Shown here: piece after piece, positions 1 through 10,123 of the stretch
How positions within the stretch are numbered: position 1 is the stretch's first letter
How the letters are laid out: each line of letters opens with the position of its first letter
Origin: Candidatus Acidiferrales bacterium
GTDB taxonomy: Bacteria; Acidobacteriota; Terriglobia; Acidiferrales; UBA7541
Length of the DNA stretch: 64,000 nt
Direction of reading: 5' to 3'
Assembly (NCBI GenBank): GCA_963763395.1
Contig: CAVXOG010000015.1
Coordinates: forward strand, 156,235 to 220,234
Translations under genes and position numbers: made by a program
Notes under the pieces: model-generated
Databases searched by the model: none
Told to the model about the DNA's origin: nothing
Seen by the model: the letters and a program-made list of their open reading frames with translations, nothing else

Positions 1-1187
1 GGATGTTGATGCTCGTCAATGACAGTGAGCATGCGGAGATTGTACTTGTCGAATAGTTCGAAGACGTCTTTTTCGCTGGCATCGGATGTGACGCTGATGA
101 GCGGTTCGGTCTTCATGTCGGACATGAGCTGATCGGAAGGAGCAAGAAGCATGCGCGCCACCGGAACGGTGCCGGAGAAATTGGCCATTTTGTCGATCAG
201 GACGATGGTGTCCAGCTGTTCCAGATTAAGTTCCTGATTGCGCATCCATTGAAGCACTTCGTCGCGGTTGGAAAGCTCGCTGACATATACAAATTCGGTA
301 TTCATCATGCCGCCGGCAGTGGAGGGGTCGAAGGCAAGGAGTTCACGGACTTCCTTTGCTTCCTGATTGGGCATTTCGTCGAGAAGTTCTTCCGAAGTCT
401 CCTTGGACAGGTCGGCGAGCAAATCGGCTGCCGCGTCGGGAGCCATCTCTTCAATAATGTCGGCCGCTTTTTCGGGATCGAGTTTTTCTACAATCTGCGT
501 AGTGAGGCGCTCATCGAGTTCGGCGAGCACGGCTGCGGCCGTTTCCTCGTCAAGAGAGGCGATAATTCCCTGCCGTTCGGCCGCGGAAAGTTCTTCCATC
601 ATTTCAGCCAGATCAGCGGGATGTAAATCTTCCAGCTTTTCGTGGGTGATCCGAAGCTTTACGCGCCGAAGTGGATCCGGCTCAATCAGGTTCACAAATT
701 CCCAGAGAATCGCGCGCTGGGGAAGCTTGGTTTGCAGGCGGCGCATCATTTTGGAAGGCGCGAGACCCTGAAAAAGACGGCGCATTGCTCCCGGAAGGCC
801 GACGTCCACCTGGGCAATACGCAGTTCGATATGCTCGTTGGTACGGAACTCGGAGAGGTCAACGTCGTTGACACGGACGACTTTGCGCCCTTCGGTATCG
901 ATAATCTGCTGGTCGAGCAAATCTTTGCGAACGGCGAGCCAGGATTCATTGGGCTGGTAAGCGTCCAAAGCGCGCTCGTTTACGTTGAGATCGATGCGTC
1001 CAGGGGTGACTTTTGAAACTTGATCGTAGCGAGCGACCAGCGGTTGAAAACGGCCACGCGAGATCAGGAAATGAGATACGCGATTGGGCTGCTCGGCGGG
1101 CTCAATAAAAAATTCGCGGACGCGCCCAACGAAATTGTTGTTGGCGTCGTAGGCAGCGGAGCCCATCAGTTCGGTTGCGTACAACAT
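1..1187 (-). CDS. mgtE: Mg2+ transporter MgtE, N-terminal part. The gene runs off the left edge. Covers a PRC-barrel-like N-terminus, MgtE_N and the CBS region.
   Basis: My own minus-strand translation from ATG 1187..1185. It is absent from the ORF track because there is no in-window stop. Sequence: MLYATELMGSAAYDANNNFVGRV...HPADLAEMMEELSAAERQGII...LLAFDPSTAGGMMNTEFVYV. The frame stays open to position 1. Confidence 0.85.
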   Translation of the reverse strand, partial: MLYATELMGSAAYDANNNFVGRVREFFIEPAEQPNRVSHFLISRGRFQPLVARYDQVSKVTPGRIDLNVNERALDAYQPNESWLAVRKDLLDQQIIDTEGRKVVRVNDVDLSEFRTNEHIELRIAQVDVGLPGAMRRLFQGLAPSKMMRRLQTKLPQRAILWEFVNLIEPDPLRRVKLRITHEKLEDLHPADLAEMMEELSAAERQGIIASLDEETAAAVLAELDERLTTQIVEKLDPEKAADIIEEMAPDAAADLLADLSKETSEELLDEMPNQEAKEVRELLAFDPSTAGGMMNTEFVYVSELSNRDEVLQWMRNQELNLEQLDTIVLIDKMANFSGTVPVARMLLAPSDQLMSDMKTEPLISVTSDASEKDVFELFDKYNLRMLTVIDEHQH

Positions 1188-1241
1188 AAAAGCACACTTT
1201 CTGCGGAGTCAGAGCGGCGGGGGACGGGGCGCCCTGCTCCT

Positions 1242-1281
1242 AAAAACAAAAAACCCGCGATGCTGTTGAGGCGGCCGCGGG
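1242..1281 (-). terminator. Intrinsic terminator inside the mgtE 5' leader
   Basis: Minus strand reads CCCGCG-(16 nt loop)-CGCGGG followed by UUUUUUGUUUUU. It ends about 55 nt upstream of the mgtE ATG. Confidence 0.6.
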
Positions 1282-1494
1282 CAAGAATTACGCGATTCTA
1301 GGCTTACCGTTAGCCGGAGGTGAAGGCTCCCACGAGGACAGTTCTGGCACAGCCCCGAGACGAAGGGGGCAAAGCGGTCGAGTGGCGGCGCCTAACCCGG
1401 GGGCGACTAGGGTGAGGGTCGAAATCGCTGGACGCGCTCATCGTGGAAAATTCACTCCGAAATTAGGAATAAGCCCGTCACGAATTAATGTCAA
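1282..1494 (-). promoter_or_regulatory. Candidate promoter plus long structured mgtE leader (riboswitch-like; M-box membership unresolved)
   Basis: Minus strand has TTGACA (1494..1489), a 17-nt spacer, then TATTCC (1471..1466). About 175 nt of GC-rich hairpin-forming RNA follows before the terminator. GUUAGG, GCC-AGAAC-UGUCC and GGCUAACGG motifs loosely resemble M-box blocks. Confidence 0.35.
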
Positions 1495-1575
1495 GAAAAA
1501 TCAGTCTTTACGAGAATATTTTTTGAATTTTTATGCGGAAAAATGTCGTAGCGATGACTCCCGCTTGCGGTGAGC

Positions 1576-2256
1576 CTATTTATCGGCCACAAAGAGCATA
1601 TCTGCAGGCTGTTGTCCGCGTTTCTTGCAGTCGTCGAGGTAGAGAACAAGGTAGTTTTTCAAGATGTAGTCGGACGGAGTGAATCCAAGTTCACGCGCAG
1701 CACGGTCAATGGCGTCCGCGGCCCCTTCAAGTTCTACATAGGTTCCAATCGGAGTTTCGTCCACCTCAATCAACAGTCCCTGCGCCCATTTGGCTCGACC
1801 CGGGAGTTTGTATGTTGTGCGGTACTTCTCGTAGCGGAACCATCCGCGAAGTCCCAGCCCTTCGAAGATCTTCTGTAGCGAGCCCGCGTCGGTAATTACC
1901 AACTCCGTCTCCTCGCGAACTTTGTAGCGTCGGCCGCCGACCGGAGGGGCATCTGTGTGGAAGTCGGCAGCTTGCGCGCCCATCGCCAGTGATTCTGGAG
2001 GGCTCTTAAAGGTCAGCACATGCCGCCGAGGTGCTCTCGGGTCGAATTTTTTGTTCGCTGGAGCAGCAGTTTCGGTGCGTATCCGCAAGAGTTGCCCGTG
2101 CTTGGCCAGTCCCCCTTGTGGCGTGTCAAAAATGAGGTTGAACTCATGAACCCGCGGCGCTTTAGGGAAGACAGGCTGGGCGTCCAGCCGTTTAAGAGCT
2201 CTTGCAAATGATTTCAAATCGTCGATATGCAGCTTGATTTCGGTTTCGCGTGGCAT
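1576..2256 (-). CDS. CYTH-domain protein (CyaB-like / triphosphate tunnel metalloenzyme)
   Basis: N-terminal ExExK motif (MPRETEIKL), plus LLRIRTE and VDETPIGTYVELEG blocks typical of CYTH. Confidence 0.75.
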   Translation of the reverse strand: MPRETEIKLHIDDLKSFARALKRLDAQPVFPKAPRVHEFNLIFDTPQGGLAKHGQLLRIRTETAAPANKKFDPRAPRRHVLTFKSPPESLAMGAQAADFHTDAPPVGGRRYKVREETELVITDAGSLQKIFEGLGLRGWFRYEKYRTTYKLPGRAKWAQGLLIEVDETPIGTYVELEGAADAIDRAARELGFTPSDYILKNYLVLYLDDCKKRGQQPADMLFVADK

Positions 2257-2431
2257 GGTGATTGGATGAACCGTCTGCGAGGAGCGGCACTGTCAGTTCG
2301 TGAATAGAGTACCTCAGGTTGGTTCCATACGGCGGTGTCTTTGCCTAGGAGCGGAGTTCGGCTAGTATGTCGAATGCACGAAGAGTGGTAGGGCGATTGA
2401 CACCCACCTGGGGGCTTCAGACAAAGAGACT

Positions 2432-4609
2432 ATGGCGACCGACTTCAATTCGGCTTTGACTTCTCTTTCCCAAGAGCAGGCCAATGGCGGGAATGCTCAG
2501 CTGCCCGTAGCCCATCGGGAAGCAGTGGAACACGTCGCGCACGGGGACAGGCGGGTGGACGAATATGCGTGGCTGCGGCACAAAGAAGATCCCCGAGTAC
2601 TGGCTCATCTGAATGAAGAAAATGCTTATACCGATGCAATCCTGAAGCCGACCGAGGGACTGCAAGAAACGCTGTACCAGGAAATGCTGGGACGGATCCT
2701 GCAAACGGACTTGAGCGTGCCATCGCGACTGCGTGGGTACTCGTATTATTCGCGCACGATTGAGGGCAGGCAGTATCCGATCTATTGCCGAATTGTGGAA
2801 TCTGGCGATGCCCAGGCCACAACGGCCGATCCCACCAGTCATTCCGTTCCCGAAGAAGTGCTGCTGGACCTGAATGCGGTCGCTGAGGGGCATTCTTTTT
2901 TGGGGCTGGGCTGCTTTGAGGTGAGCGACGACAACCGCCAATTGGCCTACGCCACGGACACGACGGGATACCGGCAATATACCCTGGTGATAAAAGACCT
3001 TCAGATGGGAGAGCTACTTCCCTTCAGGGTGGAACGGGTAACCAGTGTGGCGTGGTCGGCAGACAATAGTGTTCTGTTCTACGTTATGGAAGACGAAACA
3101 ACAAAGCGTTCGCACCGGCTGTACAGGCATGTGTTGGGCTCAGGCGCTGCCGACGATCTGATTTACGAAGAGCCGGACGAGCGGTTCCGCATTGAGATCG
3201 AGCGGACACGAAGCGGAGCCTACTTGCTGCTTGTGGCCAACAGCCACACCACTAGCGAAGTGCGGTATCTGCGGGCGGACCAACCCTACGCAGAGTTCCA
3301 AGTGGTGGCAGTGAGAGAGGATGAACACGAGTATTCGGTCGATCATCATCCGGGAAGTTCGGACGACGCCTTTGGCGGGGTGTTCTTCGTGCGCACGAAC
3401 AGCAATGGCCGCACATTCCGCCTGATGACCGCTCCCACCATTGAACCTGCTCGCGAGCGCTGGCATGAAGTTGTGCCGAATCGTCCAGGCGTGATGCTGT
3501 CGGCGATCGCCTGCTTCCGCGATCACCTGGTGCTTTGCGAGCGGGAAGACGGATTGCCCTACCTGAGAATAGTCGATTTAACTCGGGCAGCAACCTCGGC
3601 GTTATCTGCTTCGCACCGCATTGAGTTTGCGGAACCTGCGTACAACGCGGTGTTTGGTGCAAATCCAGAGTTCGACACCGAGCATTTGCGATTCTCCTAC
3701 GAATCCTTCATTACGCCGCGTTCGGTTTACGACTACAACGTGAAGAGCGGTGAACGAGTGCTGCGCAAGCAACAACCCGTGCTTGGCGGCTACGACAATA
3801 CCCTCTACGGAAGCAAGAGGCTGCATGCGACAGCCGAAGATGGGACGCAAGTACCCTTATCGGTGGTGTATCGCCACGAATCGATTCGGGATGGCGGAGC
3901 GCCTTTGCTGCTCTACGCGTACGGAAGCTACGGAATCTCCATGCCGGTAACATTCAGTTCAAACCGTTTGAGCTTGCTCGACCGTGGTGTGATTTTTGTG
4001 ATTGCGCATATTCGTGGCGGGGGCGAGTTAGGCAAGCCATGGCACGACATGGGGCGAATGTACCATAAGATGAACACCTTCACGGATTTCATCGCGGCTG
4101 CAGAACATTTGATCGCTGAGGGTTATACGTCGAAAGACAAACTGGCCATTGAGGGCGGAAGCGCTGGCGGCCTGTTGATGGGTGCGGTCGTAAATCTGAG
4201 ACCAGATCTGTTCCGCCTGGTAATTTCGCACGTGCCGTTTGTGGATGTGTTGAACACGATGATGGACCCATCCCTGCCCCTGACGGTGGGAGAGTACGAG
4301 GAGTGGGGCAATCCTCAAGTGGAGCAGGATTACTTCTACATGAAGAAATATTGCCCTTACACCAACCTGGAGAAGAAAGACTATCCAACCATGCTGGTGA
4401 AAACGGGATTAAACGATAGCCAGGTGATGTACTGGGAGCCGTCGAAGTATGTGGCGAAACTAAGAGCGCTCAAGACCGACGCCAATTTACTTTTATTCAA
4501 GGTAAATATGGGGGCGGGCCATGGCGGTGCCAGCGGCCGATACGACTATTTACGCGAGATTGCGTTGGACTACGCATTTTTGCTGACGCAGATGGGTTTG
4601 GGAAATTGA
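2432..4609 (+). CDS. ptrB: Oligopeptidase B / S9A prolyl oligopeptidase family serine protease
   Basis: 725 aa. N-terminal propeller region (DEYAWLRHKEDPRVLAHLNEENAYT) and catalytic GGSAGGLLMG serine motif. Confidence 0.85.
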   Translation: MATDFNSALTSLSQEQANGGNAQLPVAHREAVEHVAHGDRRVDEYAWLRHKEDPRVLAHLNEENAYTDAILKPTEGLQETLYQEMLGRILQTDLSVPSRLRGYSYYSRTIEGRQYPIYCRIVESGDAQATTADPTSHSVPEEVLLDLNAVAEGHSFLGLGCFEVSDDNRQLAYATDTTGYRQYTLVIKDLQMGELLPFRVERVTSVAWSADNSVLFYVMEDETTKRSHRLYRHVLGSGAADDLIYEEPDERFRIEIERTRSGAYLLLVANSHTTSEVRYLRADQPYAEFQVVAVREDEHEYSVDHHPGSSDDAFGGVFFVRTNSNGRTFRLMTAPTIEPARERWHEVVPNRPGVMLSAIACFRDHLVLCEREDGLPYLRIVDLTRAATSALSASHRIEFAEPAYNAVFGANPEFDTEHLRFSYESFITPRSVYDYNVKSGERVLRKQQPVLGGYDNTLYGSKRLHATAEDGTQVPLSVVYRHESIRDGGAPLLLYAYGSYGISMPVTFSSNRLSLLDRGVIFVIAHIRGGGELGKPWHDMGRMYHKMNTFTDFIAAAEHLIAEGYTSKDKLAIEGGSAGGLLMGAVVNLRPDLFRLVISHVPFVDVLNTMMDPSLPLTVGEYEEWGNPQVEQDYFYMKKYCPYTNLEKKDYPTMLVKTGLNDSQVMYWEPSKYVAKLRALKTDANLLLFKVNMGAGHGGASGRYDYLREIALDYAFLLTQMGLGN

Positions 4610-4660
4610 GGCAAGCGCCCGGAAAACTGTCCCCACGCAGAAAAGGCCAGAAACCGCTCG

Positions 4661-7333
4661 ATGAGTGAAGCTTCAACGCCACTGATGCAACAGTACAACG
4701 GGGTGAAGTCCCGCTACCCGCATGCGCTGTTGCTATTTCGGTTGGGCGATTTCTACGAATTGTTTTACGAAGACGCGATCATCGCTTCGCGCGAACTGCA
4801 GATAACTCTTACTTCCCGGAACCGGGAAAAAGGACAGCCGATTCCCATGTGCGGCGTGCCCTATCACGCGGCAGACGGATATATCGCGCGGTTGATTCGG
4901 GCGGGCTTCAAAATAGCGATTTGCGAACAGATGGAATTGCCGGGACCGGGCAAGAAGCTCGTAAGGCGCGAAGTTACACGCGTAATTACGCCGGGCACAG
5001 CCACTGATGTTTCGGTGCTCGATGCCCGAGAAAACAATTTCCTGGCGGCGGTTTGGCAAGACTCGGCGAAAGCAAAGATTGGCCTTGCGCTGGTGGATTT
5101 GTCCACAGGCGATTTCCAGGCCACGGAGTTTTCCGGACCTGGGGCGGAAGATTCGTTGAGGGACGAATTGCAATTGGTACGGCCTCGAGAAACGCTGCTG
5201 CCACGGCCACAACAATTGTTTGAGACGGCAAAAACTTCCCTGCTGGAGGGAGCTGGCGGCGTCGAGACAAGGCTGGAAGAATGGATTTTTCACCTCGATT
5301 ATGGAGAACGAATCCTGCGAGAGCAGTTCGGCGTGGCAGAACTGACGGGCTTCGGGATGGATGGACATCCGCACGCGCTTTCTGCCGCTGGAGCGGTGGT
5401 GCACTACCTGCGCGAAAATTCGGCTCGAGGAGAAGACGGACCTAGTGTCGAGGCGCTGCGCCATCTCGATCACATTCGCTATTACCAACAGCATGAAGCG
5501 TTGCTTCTGGATCCCGTGTCGGTACGAAACCTGGAGCTCCTCTCACCGATTTTCAGCGAGGACAGTAAGGTAAGCGGACCAACGACACTGGTGGCCGCCC
5601 TGGATTCTACCGTGACCGGCATGGGCGCACGGCTTTTGCGAGCATGGGTCCTGAAACCGCTGATCGATCGAGATGCCATCGAAGAGAGGTTAGGGGCAGT
5701 AGGACATCTGCTGCAGCAGACCGTCGTTCGCGGAGAGATTCGAAAAGAGTTGCGCGGCATCCAGGATCTGGAGCGGTTGACGAGCCGGATCACACTGGGA
5801 TTGGCAACGCCGAGAGAATTGGTGGCCCTAAGGAAGTCGTTGGCGCAATTACCCATTTTGAAAAACTTCGTGACTCCGCCAGCAACTGGTGGAAGCGACT
5901 TGTTGCGGGAATTATATGGAGAGATCGATGAGTTAAGCGACGTACGCGAACGGCTGGAGAAAGCCGTCGCTGACGAACCTCCCGCCACAGCCAACGATCC
6001 GGGGATTATCCGCGGTGGATACAACGCCGAACTGGACGAACTGAGGAATTTGAGCCAGCACAGCAAGCAGATTATTGCTTCGATGGAGGAGCGCGAACGG
6101 AAACGAACGACAATCGGCTCACTGAAAATCCGATTCAACAACATTTTTGGGTATTACATTGAGATTTCGAAGGCGAACCTGCATCTGGCTCCCGCGGACT
6201 ACGAGAGAAAACAGACACTGGTGAACGCGGAACGATTCACGTCACCCGAACTGAAGGAGTACGAGCGAAAGATACTGGCGGCGGATGAACGTATCCTGGA
6301 AATTGAGCGCCAACTATTTGTGGACCTGCGCGCAGACATCGCGGCGAAAGCAGGACGGCTGCGACGAACGGCCGCCGCAATCGCACAACTTGATGTGCTG
6401 GCGTGCTTCGCGAAACTGGCGGCTGACCGCAACTATGTGCGGCCTGAGTTTAATGTACAGGGAGAGTTATTGATCGTCGGCGGGCGGCACCCCGTCATCG
6501 AAGAATTGCTACGAGGCAAGGGAGAGCGCTTCATCCCGAACGATCTCTGCTTTGAACCGAAATCGCAACAGTTGCTGCTGATCACCGGCCCGAATATGGG
6601 CGGTAAATCTACTTACCTACGGCAAACCGCGTTGATCGTGCTGATGGCACAGGCTGGATGCTTTGTTCCGGCACGGCAGGCGCGATTGCCATTAACTGAC
6701 AGGATCTTTACCCGGATTGGGGCCAGCGACAATCTGGCACGAGGGCGATCGACGTTTTTGGTAGAGATGAGTGAGGTGGCAGCGATTTTGCATCACGCCA
6801 CGCCAGCAAGCCTGGTATTGCTCGACGAGGTGGGGCGCGGAACATCGACCTTTGACGGGCTATCCATCGCTTGGGCTGTTGTCGAGCATCTCCAGAAGTA
6901 CACCAAGTCGCGCACGTTGTTCGCAACGCACTATCATGAATTGACGGAGCTTGGCGATTTGCTGCCGGGCGTGAAGAATGTCCATGTTTCTGTAAAAGAA
7001 ACTCCGAACGAGATCATCTTCTTGCGCAAGGTGGAACCGGGGAGCGCGGATAAAAGTTATGGGATTGAAGTAGCTCGGCTGGCAGGATTGCCGAAAAGCG
7101 TGATCGAGAGGGCGCGCGAGGTGTTAAGAAAGCACGAGCAGAGTGAACATGAGTTGAGCGAGACGCTTTCGCCCGGCGCGACGGAGTTTGGACATAAGAA
7201 TGGGAATCAGAACGTGTTGTTTACGGCGATCGATCGCGCCGTGATTGACAAGCTGCGCGGAGCGGACCTGGACGAGATGAAGCCAATTGATGCGCTAAAT
7301 CTGTTGGCGGAATTAAAGAAACAGGTCGAGTAA
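4661..7333 (+). CDS. mutS: DNA mismatch repair protein MutS
   Basis: 890 aa. TPLMQQY N-terminus, Walker A GPNMGGKST, and the DEVGRGTSTFDG and THYHEL motifs. Confidence 0.97.
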   Translation: MSEASTPLMQQYNGVKSRYPHALLLFRLGDFYELFYEDAIIASRELQITLTSRNREKGQPIPMCGVPYHAADGYIARLIRAGFKIAICEQMELPGPGKKLVRREVTRVITPGTATDVSVLDARENNFLAAVWQDSAKAKIGLALVDLSTGDFQATEFSGPGAEDSLRDELQLVRPRETLLPRPQQLFETAKTSLLEGAGGVETRLEEWIFHLDYGERILREQFGVAELTGFGMDGHPHALSAAGAVVHYLRENSARGEDGPSVEALRHLDHIRYYQQHEALLLDPVSVRNLELLSPIFSEDSKVSGPTTLVAALDSTVTGMGARLLRAWVLKPLIDRDAIEERLGAVGHLLQQTVVRGEIRKELRGIQDLERLTSRITLGLATPRELVALRKSLAQLPILKNFVTPPATGGSDLLRELYGEIDELSDVRERLEKAVADEPPATANDPGIIRGGYNAELDELRNLSQHSKQIIASMEERERKRTTIGSLKIRFNNIFGYYIEISKANLHLAPADYERKQTLVNAERFTSPELKEYERKILAADERILEIERQLFVDLRADIAAKAGRLRRTAAAIAQLDVLACFAKLAADRNYVRPEFNVQGELLIVGGRHPVIEELLRGKGERFIPNDLCFEPKSQQLLLITGPNMGGKSTYLRQTALIVLMAQAGCFVPARQARLPLTDRIFTRIGASDNLARGRSTFLVEMSEVAAILHHATPASLVLLDEVGRGTSTFDGLSIAWAVVEHLQKYTKSRTLFATHYHELTELGDLLPGVKNVHVSVKETPNEIIFLRKVEPGSADKSYGIEVARLAGLPKSVIERAREVLRKHEQSEHELSETLSPGATEFGHKNGNQNVLFTAIDRAVIDKLRGADLDEMKPIDALNLLAELKKQVE

Positions 7334-7424
7334 TTTCTAACACAATTCTGGCCACACTGACTTTCAGGAACATTTCCATCAGGCAGAAATGGATGCTTCC
7401 GTAGAGGTGTGTTACAACGAGCGC

Positions 7425-8609
7425 ATGGGAAAAAAGGACATGTTGGTGATAGGCGTGATGTCGGGTACATCGGCGGACGGTATCGATGTGGCGCTGGCGC
7501 GCGTGAGTGGCGGCGGGAAAACTCGCGTTCGAGGAGAATTGCAGGCTCATGCAACATTTCCTTTGCCCAAGGAAGTCAGGAGAGCGATCTTGCGAGTTGC
7601 GGAAGGCGGTGCAACAACCGCGAGAGAGATTAGTCAGCTAAATTTTCGCCTTGGCCTCGAATTTGGCGATTCAGTGGTGCGGGTCTGTAAACAGTTTCGC
7701 GTATCGCTGTCGAAGATTGATCTGGTAGGGAGTCACGGACAGACGATTTTTCATCAGGGTGTAGCAGTTCCCTTCCTGGGGAGAGCAACGGCTTCCACAC
7801 TGCAGATTGGCGAAGGTGCCGTGATCGCCGCACGCACGGGAATTACGACCGTGACGGATTTTCGTACCGCGGATATGGCGGTGGGTGGGCAAGGAGCGCC
7901 TCTCGTACCGTACGTGGACTGGCTTTTGTACTCGCACTCGAAAATCGGAAGGGTGTCGCTGAATCTGGGTGGGATTGGGAATGTAACCGTGCTTCCGGCA
8001 AGCGCCGCCGCATCGCAGGTGTACGCGTTCGACACGGGTCCCGGAAACATGGTGATTGACGCGCTGGTTACGCACTTCACGAAGGGCCGCAAACGGTTTG
8101 ATGAGGACGGACGAATCGCCAGGCAAGGCGCGAGCAACCAGAAGTTGTTGGCCGAATTGATGCGTGACAAGTATCTGAAAGTGCGGCCACCGAAGAGCAC
8201 CGGCCGCGAATACTATGGACGCGCTTACGTGGAACGATTGCTGAAGTTGGGGAACCGATTTGGCGCGTCTCCGGATGATATGGTTCGAGGGGCGACCATT
8301 TTTACCGCTTTATCTGTCGCAGATGCGCTAAAACGATTTGTCGTGCCCCGAACCAAAATCGATCAGCTCATCGTTTCGGGGGGCGGAGCGCATAATCCGG
8401 TGATTATGGCGCAACTTGCGGCAGCCTTGGAGCCAATCAGGGTGATGCCGTCGGCTGAGTTTGGAGTCGCTTCCGACGCGAAGGAAGCATTCGCGTTCGC
8501 CTTGCTAGCGTATGAGACCTGGAATCAGCATCCCGGCAATCTGCCGTCAGCTACTGGAGCAAAAAAATCAGCGATCCTGGGGAAAATTTCTTATGCGTCC
8601 GGTCGTTAA
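7425..8609 (+). CDS. anmK: Anhydro-N-acetylmuramic acid kinase
   Basis: GVMSGTSADGIDVAL N-terminal motif. The track ORF starts at 7389. I prefer an internal ATG at 7425 or 7440 because the family starts just before this motif. Confidence 0.88.
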   Translation: MGKKDMLVIGVMSGTSADGIDVALARVSGGGKTRVRGELQAHATFPLPKEVRRAILRVAEGGATTAREISQLNFRLGLEFGDSVVRVCKQFRVSLSKIDLVGSHGQTIFHQGVAVPFLGRATASTLQIGEGAVIAARTGITTVTDFRTADMAVGGQGAPLVPYVDWLLYSHSKIGRVSLNLGGIGNVTVLPASAAASQVYAFDTGPGNMVIDALVTHFTKGRKRFDEDGRIARQGASNQKLLAELMRDKYLKVRPPKSTGREYYGRAYVERLLKLGNRFGASPDDMVRGATIFTALSVADALKRFVVPRTKIDQLIVSGGGAHNPVIMAQLAAALEPIRVMPSAEFGVASDAKEAFAFALLAYETWNQHPGNLPSATGAKKSAILGKISYASGR

Positions 8610-10122
8610 GCACCTGCACGCTCGTCTGATCGCAATGATGTGCATACCCGCAGGACTATTAGGCGGGTGTTCGCGAATCCCCCATGACCCCTCCGCAGTT
8701 ACATTTCTTATCGAATCAAGTCCAACAAATCTGGATCCGCGATTTGGAACGGACGGCGTTTCGCAACGTATCGACCGCCTGCTATTCAATGGGCTTGTGA
8801 AGCGTGACGTGAAAATGGACTTACATGGGGATTTGGCGGCGAACTGGGAGAATCCCGATCCCCTTACTTATGTGTTCCACCTGAAATCCGGGATCAAATT
8901 TCATAATGGCCTTCCGCTTTCCGCAAAAGATGTAAAAGCCACGATCGAGTACATGATGAATCCGGCAAATAAGTCGCCAAAGCGTGGAGCGTTTACGATG
9001 ATTGCGTCGATTGAGGCTTCCGATCCGTTGACGGTAATTTTCCACCTAAAGGAACCTTATGCATCGTTTTTGTGGAATCTGGAACGGTCGGCCGTCGGAA
9101 TCGTCCCCGAAGATGCTGGCAACGATTTTGGGAGAGGTCCAATTGGCACTGGGCCATTCCGGTTCGTGAGTCAGGCGCAAGATGAAACCGTCGTAATTGA
9201 ACGAAATCCAACCTACTTCGACGGTGCTCCTTCGCACTGTAGCAAAGTGAACTTTCGCATCGTGCCGGATTCGATCGTGCGAGCGCTGGAGTTGCGGAAA
9301 GGTTCGGCGGACGTGGAGATGAGTTCCCTTTCGCCAGACATGATTCCCGTGTTGGCCAAACGCCCGGAACTGGAAGTGAGCGAGGAGCCAGGAACGAATT
9401 TTGCCTACCTGGGGCTGAATCTTGAAGATGCCATCATGTCGCACAAGGAAGTGCGTCAAGCGCTGGCCTATGCTACAGATCGTGAATCGCTGGTGAAGTA
9501 TCTGCTGCATGGACAGGCTCGTTTGGCTACTGGGATCCTGCCACCGAATCACTGGGCCTATGACGGCGACGTCAACCTCTATGGATACGATCCATCGGAA
9601 GCGGAACGTTTACTGGACAAGGCCGGCTTTCGGCGAGGGGTCGACGGCAAAAGGCTGTACTTGACGCTGAAAGTTTCGACGCTGGAGCAAGCGCGACTGA
9701 TCGGAGCGGCTCTACAAGATCAGTGGAAAAAGATAGGTGTGGATTTGGAAGTCCGGCCTCTCGAGCTCGCCACACTCTTTTCGGATTTAAGCAAAGGCAA
9801 TTTTCAGTTGAGCTACTCCATCTGGATTGGGGCGAATAACGATCCCGACGTATTTGATCTGGTGTTTTCGTCAAAACGAATTCCGCCCAACGGATCGAAC
9901 CGCGGACATTACCGAAACGCTCGTGTCGATGAATTGATTGGTGAGATCCGAGCGGAGATGAACCAGGAGAAGCGCAAAGAATTGTGCAGCGAAGTACAGA
10001 ATATTGTGTCGGAAGATTTGCCCTACTTACCGCTATGGTACGTGGATGTGGTGAGCGTACATCGGCGGGCGTTGAAGGTACAGTTGACACCGACTGGAGA
10101 TTTCGATTTCCTGGCGCAGTAA
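8593..10122 (+). CDS. ABC transporter substrate-binding lipoprotein, family 5 (peptide/nickel type)
   Basis: SBP_bac_5-like sequence. ATG 8593 gives MRPVVKHLHARLIAMMCIPAGLLGGC, a signal peptide with a lipobox. It overlaps the anmK end by 17 nt. The track start at 8512 lies inside anmK. Confidence 0.8.
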   Translation: MRPVVKHLHARLIAMMCIPAGLLGGCSRIPHDPSAVTFLIESSPTNLDPRFGTDGVSQRIDRLLFNGLVKRDVKMDLHGDLAANWENPDPLTYVFHLKSGIKFHNGLPLSAKDVKATIEYMMNPANKSPKRGAFTMIASIEASDPLTVIFHLKEPYASFLWNLERSAVGIVPEDAGNDFGRGPIGTGPFRFVSQAQDETVVIERNPTYFDGAPSHCSKVNFRIVPDSIVRALELRKGSADVEMSSLSPDMIPVLAKRPELEVSEEPGTNFAYLGLNLEDAIMSHKEVRQALAYATDRESLVKYLLHGQARLATGILPPNHWAYDGDVNLYGYDPSEAERLLDKAGFRRGVDGKRLYLTLKVSTLEQARLIGAALQDQWKKIGVDLEVRPLELATLFSDLSKGNFQLSYSIWIGANNDPDVFDLVFSSKRIPPNGSNRGHYRNARVDELIGEIRAEMNQEKRKELCSEVQNIVSEDLPYLPLWYVDVVSVHRRALKVQLTPTGDFDFLAQ

Positions 10123-10123
10123 T

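Noticed and set aside
1305-1455. M-box encoded on the plus strand. CGUUAG..AGGUGAAGGCUCC, GCGCCUAA, GGGUGA and GCUCAUCGUGGAA occur in roughly M-box order.
   Set aside because: Nothing is encoded downstream on the plus strand; the next gene is the convergent CYTH gene. The 3' blocks are in the wrong order for P2/P1 closure. It is kept only as a caveat in the mgtE leader finding, pending a covariance-model search on both strands.
1020-1573. Track ORFs 1020..1301 (+) and 1382..1573 (+) in the mgtE start and leader region.
   Set aside because: The first is antisense to the mgtE N-terminus and leader. The second lies inside the structured leader. Both have Arg/Pro-rich, non-protein-like sequence and no SD.
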